NCBI GenBank assembly: GCA_013239625.1
Contig: MU056251.1
Location: 248,001 to 312,000 of the forward strand
Length of the DNA stretch: 64,000 nucleotides
Origin: Lama guanicoe
Lineage: Eukaryota
Reading direction: 5' to 3'
A program made the position numbers and the translations under genes. The notes under the pieces were generated by a model. That model was given only the letters and a program-made list of their open reading frames with translations. It was not told where the DNA came from and did not search any database. Positions within the stretch are counted from its first letter, which is position 1. Every line of letters starts with the position of its first letter. Positions 1 to 12,000 of this stretch are shown here, one piece after another.

Positions 1-8
1 CTTCTCAG

Positions 9-3000
9 GGTGGTGTGTGTGATCCCTCCAGTGGTGGCTGCGCCCCCGTGCTTGTGGGTGGCAAGGCCGCCCTCGCTCTACAGCCACAGGATGAGGCTCT
101 TGAGGCAGGGCCTGAAGGAGCACATGGCCGCCTACGCCCAGCAGCTGCAGCAGGTGACGGCCCCGCGCTCGCTGCGCTTTCCTGAGCTGAGACTGGTCCA
201 GTTTGACTCAGGTATGGGGGGCCCGCCTGCCCTGCTGCCGCGCTGGGTCTGCCCCCCGGGGTTGCAGGCCCTCTGATGTGACTCGTTTCCTAGGGAAGCT
301 GGAGGCTTTAGCCATCCTACTTCAGAAGCTGAGATCTGAAGGACGCCGAGTGCTGATTTTGTCTCAGATGGTGCTGATGTTAGACATCTTAGAGATGTTC
401 CTCAACTTCCATTACCTCACCTACGTGAGGATCGATGAAAATGCCAACAGCGAGCAGCGGCAGGTGAGGAGGGGGTGTTCTGTTTTGTTACCGCTTGTGA
501 TTGAGCTGCGATAGCTTTAACCTCCAGCTGTGCAGACCCAGCACGCTTGTGCCCTCTGAACAAAGGGGACAGTGTCTCGGTGTCTCTGGACTTCAGCTGC
601 GTCCTGTCATTCAGGACGTGCTGTCGGCTCGGCAGCTCAGAATCAGTTGGTGACCGGCCGTCAGGACAGCACGAGATGGGTGAACTTCAGGTGGCAGCCA
701 CGTGAAACGTGAAAAGTCCCGGAGTAATCACAGTTACAGGCCCGCTTTTCACTTGTGCAGTTAGCCGAGGGTAACTTGATGCCATCAGGCACAGGGTGAC
801 AGGCACTCTCAGACCCTGCAGCGGGGGCGCGGATGAGTGCAGCTTCCCAGAAGGCGAGCGGAGAGGAGGGCCGTGTGCTTGAGCACGTGACTGCGTGTGC
901 AGGACTCCCTCCTGCAGCAGCACCCCGCACCTCTCAGAGGTTTACGTGCACAGCCCGCCCAGTGCGGCAGGGTCTGAACGGCCCCAGTCCAGGAGCCGAG
1001 CGAATGGCCAGGAGGATGAGAGCGGGTGCCAGGCTGTCTGCGTGCCGCCGGGCCTGGCCCTGTCGTGAACACACAGCGTCCCGAGTATTCCGTAGGATGA
1101 ACTAGGAAGCCTCCAGCCGCGGCTCAGAGCAGGCTGTAGCGTCCTGGCGGAGCATTCCTAACCGCAGACACACCGCTGGGCTGGAGGTCGTGTCACCCGC
1201 ACCCGCAGGACAGCGCAGGGGACTCCTCACAGCGGCTGCACGCCAGGGTGGCCTGGAGGGCGTAACGTACACTGCGGTCTTAAGTAACAGGTTTTCCTGG
1301 TGCTGATGTAACAGATCACGTAGAGAACTTAATGGAAAGAAGAGGGTCGGTCACCTGTTGAGGTGTGTTTTGGCACTGAAGTGAGTGCAGAAGAGAAGTG
1401 GGAACCAGGCCAGCTGGGCTGCGGGAGGCGGGGGCCCCTCTTCCTGGCCGGTTTCGCTCCCTCAGCCTTACTGCAGGGCACTTTTGCTGTAGAGTGCCCT
1501 GACATTGCCTGAGGGCACAGGAAAGAGCACCCATCCCTCCCCAGAGAGACTCTGTGTTCTTGTGGGGCCTACACGGTGAGCTCACAGTTCCTGTCGCAGG
1601 GGTCTGTAAGCGAGGCCTGGCGAGGTTGGGACCGGTGGGAATGTCGGGCAGCAGGGAGTGAGCCATGTGTGGTGCCCACGAGAGAGCGGGCCACGCGCCC
1701 GGTGAGACCCAGGCTGAGCGGTTTTGTGCTGGGCTAGCGGCCAGCTGTGGAATACCAGCACATGGGAGGTGCCATCCTTTATACCGACCCGAGGGCTTGT
1801 CCCCCCACAGGAGCTGATGAGGACCTTCAACCGAGACCGACGGGTCTTCTGCGCCCTCCTCTCCACCCACAGCCGTGCCACGGGTGTGAGCCTGGTGGAG
1901 GCGGATGCGGTGGTCTTCTATGACCATGACCTGAACCCGGTGATGGATGCCAAGGCCCAGGAGTGGTGTGACCGGATTGGGAGGCGCAGGGACGTGCACA
2001 TTTACAGGTGGGCACGGCCGTGCGCTCCCTAGCCCGCTGCGCTCTGCGTGCCTGCCCTCAGGCCGACAGCAGGTCTCTCCTGCCGCCGTCTGTCGGCTTC
2101 CTTCCCGCTCAGCATTTGCCTGGAGTGTGCCTGGGCTGAGTTGCGGGGACGTGCCATGGTGTTCTTCTACCACAGCCGGGCGCCTCTCCTGGGGCAGCTG
2201 GCCCTCAAAGGGTGGTTCACGCTTCAGGCTGTTTCCCGCGTCATCAGATGTGAACTATCTGCAGCAGCTTTGTGCTGTCAGTTCCTAAGTCAGCTCTTCA
2301 GAGTGTTTGAGTCTCGCACTTGGCTCCACGCCAGCAGCTGAGGAAGAGGGAGAGGCTCTGGTGCGTGTGGAAGCACTGGTGGCGACAGCGTGGCGGCCTG
2401 GCCTGTACTGTTGGCTGGGCGTGTGCCTGGTGGCCCAGCACATGCTCGCCCGCCAGTCCTGGGAGGTGTTGCCGCAGGAACTGAGGTTCCTGCCGCCGAC
2501 CTGGACCGCGTGCTATTTCAGTCAAGACGTGGGAATCCATACGCTGAATTTAAATAGCTATTTAAAAAAAATTATAAGTGTATCACTTATTTATTGAAAA
2601 GAAAAGAAGGAAAGCATGTGCAGAAAAATACCCTGTCCAGAGGCAGTTACTAGCGTCTTGGTGTGTTTTTCCAGACAGTGCCCTGATTTTTCGGATGACT
2701 CAGGCCAGCAGTCTTTATTTCGTAATCCCGTTTTCTTTTAATGATATAAGTGTATTTCCATGCTGATAAATATAAATTTGGTACATTGTGTATCTTGAAA
2801 GAATTAGTGTTTCACTGGGTAACCGCTCCCTTACTGTTGACCTGTTAGTAATTGCTAGCTAGAAATGAGCTAGAAATGGAAAAGACGTTTTATCCTCAGT
2901 GGCCAGTCTGTCAACAGGAAGGATCTTAGCCGCAGAGGGGCAGAGTGTCCAGGGAGCGCAGGGTGAAACTGGGTGGGAGTGAGGAGAGAGATGTCCCGAG

Positions 3001-6000
3001 CAGGAGGACGTGCTGTGTTCTTGGATGGGAAGACCTGGTTCGTAAGATTGTGACGTTTCCCCGCAGCAATGGTAAAAGTTAGCGTAACTGTAACGAGGGC
3101 CCTGAAGGTGAGTGTGGTGGTGGCTCCTGCGGCCTTTCCGGGGCTAGAAGCAGGAGCCAGGGGATGTGTGCTCTGGCCCCTTGGGGGCCCTGCACACGCT
3201 GCTTGGTGGGAGGCACAGCGCTGGGGGAGGGTGTGGCCGGGCAGAGGCCCTGCTGCCGAGTGTGGACGTGGTCCTGGGGGAGCTGGGGCCAGGAGGTCAG
3301 CAAGGCTGCTGGGCTGAGGTGGGAGGTGGTGACACACGAAGGCAGGAACTGCATGGTCTGTGAGCCGGGCCAGCCTGGGCGCTGTGCAGAGCCTCCAGGC
3401 GACTTAGTGGGCATGCCTGCCTGTGTTCTGCTCGTAGGCTTGTGAGTGGCAATTCCATCGAAGAGAAGTTGCTGAAAAACGGAACCAAAGACTTGATCCG
3501 AGAAGTGGCTGCCCAGGGAAACGACTACTCCACGGCGTTCCTCACGCAGGTACCCTGCTCCGGCCAGGCCGGGGCCGCCGCGTGCGGCTGGGGTCGCGTG
3601 CGCCGCCGTGCTGGTCACGTCTTGCAACGGGCGTCTCTCTTTCCAGCGGACCATCCAGGAGCTGTTCGAGATCTGCTCACCTGTGGACGACGCTGGCTTC
3701 CCGGTGAAAGCTGAGGAGTTTGTCGTCCTTTCCCAGGAGCCTTCCGTCACGGAAACCATTGCGCCCAAGATTGCAAGACCTTTCATCGAGGTAAGGCTGA
3801 CTGGCGCCTGCCTGGAGTCTGACCCAGGCCGCGTGCCAGCCGTGTGCCCTCGCCGTCGTGCTTTCCGTTCGCGCCCCTTGGCCGCACTTGATCTCTGGGG
3901 CCATCAGTCAGTGCCTGTCCTGGGTGACCGTCTGCTCTGCCCCCACTGGCCTCCCTGGTCCCAGCTCCTCCTCTGTCACTGTGAGGCTGGAGGAGTCTCC
4001 AGGCCCTGGCATCCACGTCATGTTCTGAGGACAGAACCAAAAGGAGCACCGGCCGCCTCACTTGGCTTTCTTACGTGGGTTGCAGGGTGAATGATAATGC
4101 TTCAGACTTACTGGGTTAAACAGCACGTTTACATTTTTGACATGGGCACTAGAGACGTCAGACTGCACGCTCGACTCACATGCTGCTGCCTCTGGGCAGC
4201 GCTGCTGTGTAGACACGTCCCAGACTCACCTGTCAGGGCCCCTCACTTCCCTTCCCAAGGCCCTGCTCCCATCCTGCCTCTTGGAGGGGCCTTTGACTGC
4301 AGGGCGCCTCATTTTCTATTTTTTAAAATTAATCGGTTACTGAGAAGTAATACGTACACATGGTAGAACCTTCAGGAATTTACAGTGGAAAGTAAGCCTC
4401 CTGCACCAGGCCCTCATCCCTGCTTAGACAGCCGCGGCCTGCTGTTCCCGCTTCCCCCCGGAGTTGTCCGAGTGTAGTGTCGCTTGGCACGGAAATGCCT
4501 TGCTCCGTCTCTGTCACGAAAGGCTCTCAGAAGAAGATGATAGACGCGTTAGGGCGAAAAGGGAAAAACAGCACGAAGTGGGAGGAGGGAGGTAACCGTT
4601 CAGCCGTCGTCACGGATCTCACAGGCCTCCTGGGGGACAAACGGGCGTGAGGATGCGTGTGCGTGAGAAGTGTGCGTGTGCTGCACACCCTGCTGCTGCG
4701 CTCAGCACGTCTTGGAGGCGCTGGCACAGAAGTGTCTCCTCTGTCTCTGAAGCGGTGCGTGCAGACCCTTGGCAGCGTCTCTCTGGGTGTCGGCCCTGTC
4801 CCGGCAGGAGGGCTGTGGCCTTGAGGAGACGCAGGTCTCAGCTGTGAAGGTTGTGTCCTAGTGGGCGAGACGTGTCGCCTGCAGGCGGCAGCACTCAGGA
4901 CCCCTGTGAGTCTGGGGCAGAGGGTCAGGTGTGGCCCGGGGCGAGGAGGTGGAGCGGAGGCCTCCGCGGCGGGCGGGCCCTGTCTGTGCTGGCAGCAGCC
5001 GGGCCGGCTCAGAGCCGCAGGCGCGGGGTGGCTTCCTGGGCTGGGTTTGCAGTTTGCTGTCGGCTGATGAGCTTGTGTGTTCGTCGGCAGTGCGGATAAT
5101 AGCTTTTTACAAGACGCTCGGTCGCGTCTTTTTCCTACTTCTTTTTAGCTGGGTTGTCTCTTTCTTCGTGGCTTTTTGGCATCCTTTCTGTGTTCTGGGT
5201 GCAGGGCCTTTGTGGGTTACATGGACGGTGTCTTCTTCCAGCCTGGGCTTTGGTCTTCTTAATGCTGTGTTTTGGTGAGCAGGAATTCTTGGTCCTTGGC
5301 CACCCAGCAGACCGTTTTTCTCATGTACTTGGTGCTTCTGTGTTCTGCTAAGAGAGGGCCTCCTTTATTTTCTTCATCCTTAGATGAGCGATCTGTCTGG
5401 AAATGGCTGTACACCGTGTACAGTGTGAGATAGGGTTGCATCTTAAACTTGTCAGATTTTGCTCAGTTGCCCTAGAAGGAGGTTGTTCCAGTTCCTAATT
5501 GGCGAGCTCTAAGCTGCAGGTTGTCCCCTTGGCTGCCGGGAGAGGCGCACCTGACGTCTGCCTCACTCGTTTGCATTTCTTGAACTGGGGTGATGCTGAC
5601 TGTCTTCTGTGTCTGCCATCACCGCAGCACATCTGTTTATACCTCCGACGGCGGCTTGTGTCCTCAGCACCATGAAGAATTGTTCTTGCTGGCCGGGACC
5701 CGAGGGCAGGGCGGGTGTCGGGTGTGAGACTGACCCAGGCGCCCTGTCTTGCTGGGTCTCTTAAGAGCCTCGTGTGCGTGTCGGCCAGCGCACCCCTGGC
5801 CCTCCCCAAGGCCTTCCGTTTGCCGTGTCCCCTTAGGCGTGTGGGCGGTTCTCGAAGACTGAACGAGTCATCGTAGAGGCGCTTGGTGTGCGGTGTGGGT
5901 GTGCAGTCAGATCTGTGTGGTGTGGTTCTTTCTTAAAAGCCTTTCATTAAAAATTTAAGTCTATCAGAGGAGCCTAACCCAAGCCCGTCCTCAGGCCCTC

Positions 6001-9000
6001 AAGAGCATCGAGCACCTGGAGGAAGATGAGCAGAAGCCCATGGAGGAGGCGGTGCTGGGGTCCTCGGACGCTGCTGGGTCCCAGGGGGACGAGGAGCCGT
6101 CGCAGCTGGAGGAGTTGGCTGACTTCATGGGACAGGTTTGGGCGTCTTCTCTTTGGGCCTTAAGTTAATTCCCTTCTTTACAACTAAATATTTTAAACTT
6201 GTGACCCTTTTATGAAATATTTCTTGGTGGTTTTAACTGAGAACAGTCCCTGTTTTGATTCAAATGTCGGTAGGGGTTGTATAAGGAATTAAACCCTTGT
6301 TAACTTGCTGTTAACTCGATTCAAAAAATATATTTTTGAAACAGCTTACACCCATTGAAAAATACGCTTTGAATTACCTGGAGTTATTCCATACTTCCAT
6401 TGATCAAGAGAGAGAGAGAAGTAGCGAGGTAAGAGAATGAACTTTCGTTACCTTAACACTTGGGAACATCAAATTCTTCAGTGTCAAATTTGTTGTGAAA
6501 TAGGAGTGACCTGCCTGGAATTAAAGGAACAGTCCATGTGTACACTCACTGGAAACGCGAGTGCGCAGTTGGACTTGGTCTTGAGGCGGTGTGGTGCTGG
6601 GTGCAGTCCAGGCCAAGGGTCCGTGGGCAGGAGGGGTCCCGGGGGCTGCTTCATCTCTGCCCTGGGGCAGGGATGGTGCGGGCGGCCACGGGAGCCCTGC
6701 CTTTCCCGCCAGGGCACCATGCTGACCGCGGTGCAGGAGTGGGAGGCCCAGAATGCCAGGACGCTGCGGGAGCTGGAGGCCCAGGCGCTGCGCGAGCAGG
6801 AGCAGGAGCAGCTCCTCACCTACACGCGGGAGGACGCCTACAGCGCGGTAGGTGCCCAGCTGGCGCCCAGCAGGTGTGCCGGCTTTTCCCCGAGGCCTGG
6901 CCGCTGTGCTGAGACCGCGTCGTCGGTCCTGTGCACAGTCAGGCTTTTTTTAAAGACCTGAGAGGTATGGACATAGGTAGTCGGTGGCTTGCACCTCAAG
7001 GCTGGGACTGTGTGGGCTTGAAATGTCTCCCCTTTCCCGCAGGAGTACGTGTGTGAAGGTGCCGACGGGCAGACGGAAGTCATGCCGGTGAGTGTCCCAA
7101 CCCCCTGTCCCCTCATCCCCCCATTCCCCCATCTCCCCATCCCTCTGTCCCCTTGTTCCCTTTGTTCCCCGTCCCCTCATCTCCCCGTCACCCCATCCTC
7201 TGTCCCCCTTTTCCCCGTCTTCTCCATCCCTATCCTCCTACCCCCATCCATCCACCTCTCCATGGCACAGCTCATGCCCCTCCCTTCCCCATGCAGCTCT
7301 GGACCCCGCCCACGCCACCCCAGGATGACAACGACATCTACATCGACTCAGTCATGTGTCTCATGTACGAGACCACGCCCATTCCAGAGGCCAAGCTGCC
7401 GCCTGTGTACGTTCGGAAGGAGCGCCGGCGACACAAGACGGACCCCTCAGGTGGGCTTCCACCACACCCACCCGCCAGCAAGCCCGGGTCAGCCGCCAGT
7501 GGGGGCGGGTGGGTTTCCCTGGGCCCAACCGTGGTCTCCCTTGTTCCCCCTGCTGCTCTGGCTGAGGCGAGGCCCTCTGGCTGGCCAGCTCGCTGAGGAC
7601 AGCCTCTCTGCTCAGCCGCGGGTAGGAAGAAGAAGCAGCGCCACGGGGAGGCGGTGGTGCCCCCGCGGTCACTGTTCGACCGTGCGACGCCTGGCATGCT
7701 GAAAATCCGGCGGGAGGGGAAGGAGCAGAAGAAGAACATCCTGCTGAAGCAGCAGACGCAGTTCGCCAAGCCTCTGCCGACGTTTGCCAAGCCAAGCGCA
7801 GAGGCAGGCCCCGACAACCCCGAGTGGCTCATCAGCGAGGACTGGGCGCTGCTGCAGGTGAGCGCGGCCCCGCGTGGCTGGCCTGGCCCTGTAAGCCCTC
7901 CAGGAGGGGCGCCGCTGACCTGCCGCCCTGCGCTGACCTGCCCTGCCTGGCCTCCCCCCCCTAGGCCGTGAAGCAGCTCCTAGAGCTGCCGCTGAACCTC
8001 ACGATCGTGTCCCCGGCCCACACGCCCAACTGGGACCTCGTCAGCGACGTCGTCAACTCGTGCAGCCGCATCTACCGCTCCTCCAAGCAGTGCCGGGCCC
8101 GCTACGAGGGCGTGCTCATCCCGAGGGAGGAGGGCAGGGTGAGGTGGCCCTCGCACCCGGCCCCGGCCCGGGCCTCGGCTCGCTCGCTGTTCGGCGTTGG
8201 CTGAGACGTCCCTGTGGGGCCTCACCCTCCCTTTGTCCCGGGTCCGTGTTTACTTTGCCGCGAGGTGGGAAGGCCTCCGCCTGCGGCTGACGTCCGGAAG
8301 CCGCCCGGCCAGCCTCGCGCTGGATTTGTGGTTCTGGTTTTCCTGGGTGTTGCCTGCTTGATTAGGGTTCCTGTGGCACAGAGGACATGTGGGGCGTGCG
8401 CACACACCCCCCTAGTCCGGCTGGGGGTCGGCTGCCATCTGGGCATGCTGTGTCTGACTCCCAATTCGGGGGTGGCTGGGCTTGGAGGCGGAGGGGGCCT
8501 GTGCGAGGACCAAGCCCTGACCCGGTGGCCGCGCAGCCCTCAGCCTGGCACACCTGCGCCGCTGAGGCTCTGCAGGAGCAGCAGGCGGCCACGCCATGGG
8601 GTCTGTGCAGGAGAGCGCACCAGGCACCAGTGGCACTGGGGTCCCCGAGGACGGACGCAGACACCATGGGACAGCCGTCCCTCCCCGCCCACTGCGGGCA
8701 GAGGCCCCCAGGGGCCGGGCCAGTGGTGTAGGTGCCCTGGCCCTGTGTCTCTCGCCGTGTGATCTCTCCCTGGCGGAAGGCGGGCGCTCTCCCTCTGGGT
8801 GTGGAGGCTTCTGTGAGGCTGCACACAGGCAGGATGTGTGTGTCACTGCTGGGGTGTCTGTGTTGAGTCTCGGGGGGGAGGATAGGGAGAGGGCTGGGTG
8901 TTTAACCTGGGGGCCCCTGTGGGGCTTCCACGGGGATGCTGCTCCCCTGGTGATGGAACGTGCTGCTGTGGATCCTGTTCCAGAGTAAGAACAACCGCCC

Positions 9001-12000
9001 TCTGCGCACGGGCCAGATGTACGCCCAGGACGAGAATGCCTCGCACACGCAGCTGTACACGAGCCGCTTTGACCTGATGAAGATGACGGCCGGGAAGAGG
9101 AGCCCCCCCATCAAGCCCCTGTACGCACCCCGCGTCCTGCCTGCGCTGGCTGTCGGCGGGGGGCGGGGCTCGGTTTACCCTTTGTCCTTAGCGTTTCCTC
9201 CTTCGGTGTGTTTTCCTTCGGTTAGTAATTCTTGTGTCTTTTCTGTGCTGCAGGCTTGGCATGAATCCCTTTCAGAAAAACCCCAAGCATGCCTCCGTGT
9301 TGGCAGAAAGGTATTTCTGTATTCGTGACTCAGTTTTCACTCTTTGAAATGATCTCACTTTGGTGTTCTCTTAAACCCAGCAAGTTGAGTGAGTTACTGT
9401 GCAAAGGTGTGTCCAAGTGTCAGCTGGGGCGTATCATGTGGGGCGGGCCCTGTGTGGCGAGTGTCCCTGCTCATACAATGGGGTGTGTCCCTGCCTGCAG
9501 TCTGGTGGAGGACAGGCTGACATACTTGACGGGCTGCCTCCCCTTTCTTCATCACTCCCACCTCTATAATCTGTCCTACAGCTTGTTGGCTCTGCCTTAA
9601 AAATGCATCCTGTCGGGGGGTGAGTGTACTGCTTTGAACATCTGCAAAGGAACAAAGAAGGTGCCTGGGTGGGTGGGCAGAGAGGGGTGGATGTGAGGAA
9701 GCAGAGAGTGAAACAGCCTCCTGGTGTCCAGGGTGCTGGGGGTGTGGGCATTTGCTGTAGTCCCTGCGCCTTCCTATACGTTTGTCTTTTTATAATAAAG
9801 TTTCGGGAAAAAAACAGATGTTCAGATGTAGCCCAGCTGCCCTTCTGGCTCCAGCTCTCCTTGTTGCTGGGTAGGTTGTGCAGACACCACCCGGGCCCGG
9901 CCCCACTGGGAGCCCCCGGCCTGCTGGGGCTGCCTCGGGTGCGCAGGCCGCCCCGCCTCACGGCTCTGCCTGGCTGGGCACTCTCTCTGGGGCGGTCTCC
10001 CTGGACGTGTGCACGGCTCCCTTCCCCACACACTGTCGTCCTCGCCTGGTTGGACTGCCACCCATGCAGATTGTCTGTACGTTTTTAATGACTCCCTCGG
10101 TGTCTGCGCGAGCTCTGTGGACACAGATTCTAGGTGCTCGAGACAGAGCCGGTGTCCACGTGAATCTGTTGAGTGGCTTGATGAACTATTGTCCTGCCTG
10201 TTTTTCTTAATATGCCGCGTGCCGAGCACCAGGCTGGCCTGGGGGCTCCGCAGTGACCAAGATGGGCCCCATCCTGCTCTCTTATCTCACATGAGACACA
10301 AAATGCTGAGCCCTCACGGAGGGTGAGGGTTCACCTGGAGGCGGGCAGAACTTAGCAAGGCAGAGCCGAGGGCAGGCGGGCTGCAGGCTTGCGGGGCCGT
10401 CAGCGAAGGGGCCCGCTGGGCGGGTGTGGCGGGGCTGGAGAGGGCCGGGCGTGTCTGTCATGGTCCCTGTTCGGTTGAGTGAGGGTGGCCATGGGCAGGA
10501 GTGTGCAGTGGGGTGGGAGGGCAGCCAACCAGAAGGCCGGTCTGCAGGGTGGGAGGAGGAGGTCTGGGGATGGCGCCACCAAGGTGGAGGAGCCTGTGGT
10601 GAGTAGGGAGGCCCAGGGGCAGCGCGGAGGTAACCGAGGGCCTTGGCGGAAGCAGATGTGGTGTGAAGTCCTCCGGGAGTGAGTTGGCAAGATACAGGAA
10701 ATTTTGGGGGGGGGGATTATTTTAATGGAGGAATTGGGGGTTGAACCCAGAACTTCGTGCATGCTAACCAGGCACTCTGCCACTGAGCTGTACCTGCCCA
10801 CCTGCTCTTTGGGGGAGGGCTGATGCTCAGCGCGGCAGGGCAGGTGGGCTTCGGGAGGGGCAGGTGCCCTGCAGTCTCGCCCCAACGCGTTCTGGGGCAC
10901 GCGGACCAGGCCTACCCCGCCCGCCGTCCGGGGCCGTTCTGGGCAGGATGGGAGGAGAGGTCCAGGGTAGACTGGCAGCCTTTCTCCTTTCCAAGTCCGA
11001 TCAGCTCAGCGCCGTGGCGCTCAGGGCTTGATAGGAGTTACCTCCCAGCGCCGGGCAGCTTGGGAAAGGAGGACACTGGGTTTCCGGAACGCCGTCTACT
11101 TCAGGACTTGCCCGTGTGGTTTTAACTCTTGCATTTGTCTTTAGCGGAATCAACTACGACAAACCACTGCCTCCCATTCAAGTCGCGTCTCTGCGCGCGG
11201 AGCGGATCGCCAAGGAAAAGAAGGTGTGGGGACCTGGGCCTCTGTCCCGGGAGGGCGGGGCTGGAGGGTGNNNNNNNNNNNNNNNNNNNNNNNNNNNNNN
11301 NNNNNNNNNNNNNNNNNNNNNNNNNNNNNNNNNNNNNNNNNNNNNNNNNNNNNNNNNNNNNNNNNNNNNNNNNNNNNNNNNNNNNNNNNNNNNNNNTGCC
11401 GCAGCCACAGGCAGCGGGCGGCGGGCAGCCCGCGGGGCCGCCGGCCGTGCAGCCCCAGGCCCCAGCGCAGCCCCCCGCGCAGCCGGCGCAGGCCCCGCCC
11501 AAGGTGCCCCCTGCGATCACGACGGTGGGGAGTGCAGCGGTGCTGGTGAGAAGGCGCCCTCGCTGCCCTGTCCACGCGCACCCCCTGTGAGGCCTTCCGA
11601 GGAAGCGCGGGTCTGGAGGGCTGTGTCCCCCCCACGCTCCGCCAGCCCTGCCCTCCGGGGCCGGGTCACTCCGCGTGACTGGGGAGGTGGAGGTTCTGAA
11701 GCAGGGCTCTGGGAAGCGTGGCTGTGAAGAACCGCGCGCTCTTTCCTGCAGACTTGCAGAGCAGGCCCTGTTAGTGCGCTCTGTCCCCTCCTGGCCCTGC
11801 CCCGCTTCCCCTCAGAGCAGAGCGCACGTGCGCGTGCTGCGCGAGAAAGAGAAAGGCAGCCCCCGGTCGCACTCGCCGCGCTGTCGCCGCCACAGCCTGG
11901 TGTGTCCCTGGCTGCGTGTGCCTGGTGTGCGTCTTGACCCCACACGGAAGGTCTTGGGAGAGCCGTTTCTTCCCTTGGTTCCTGGTTACATTTGCTGCAG

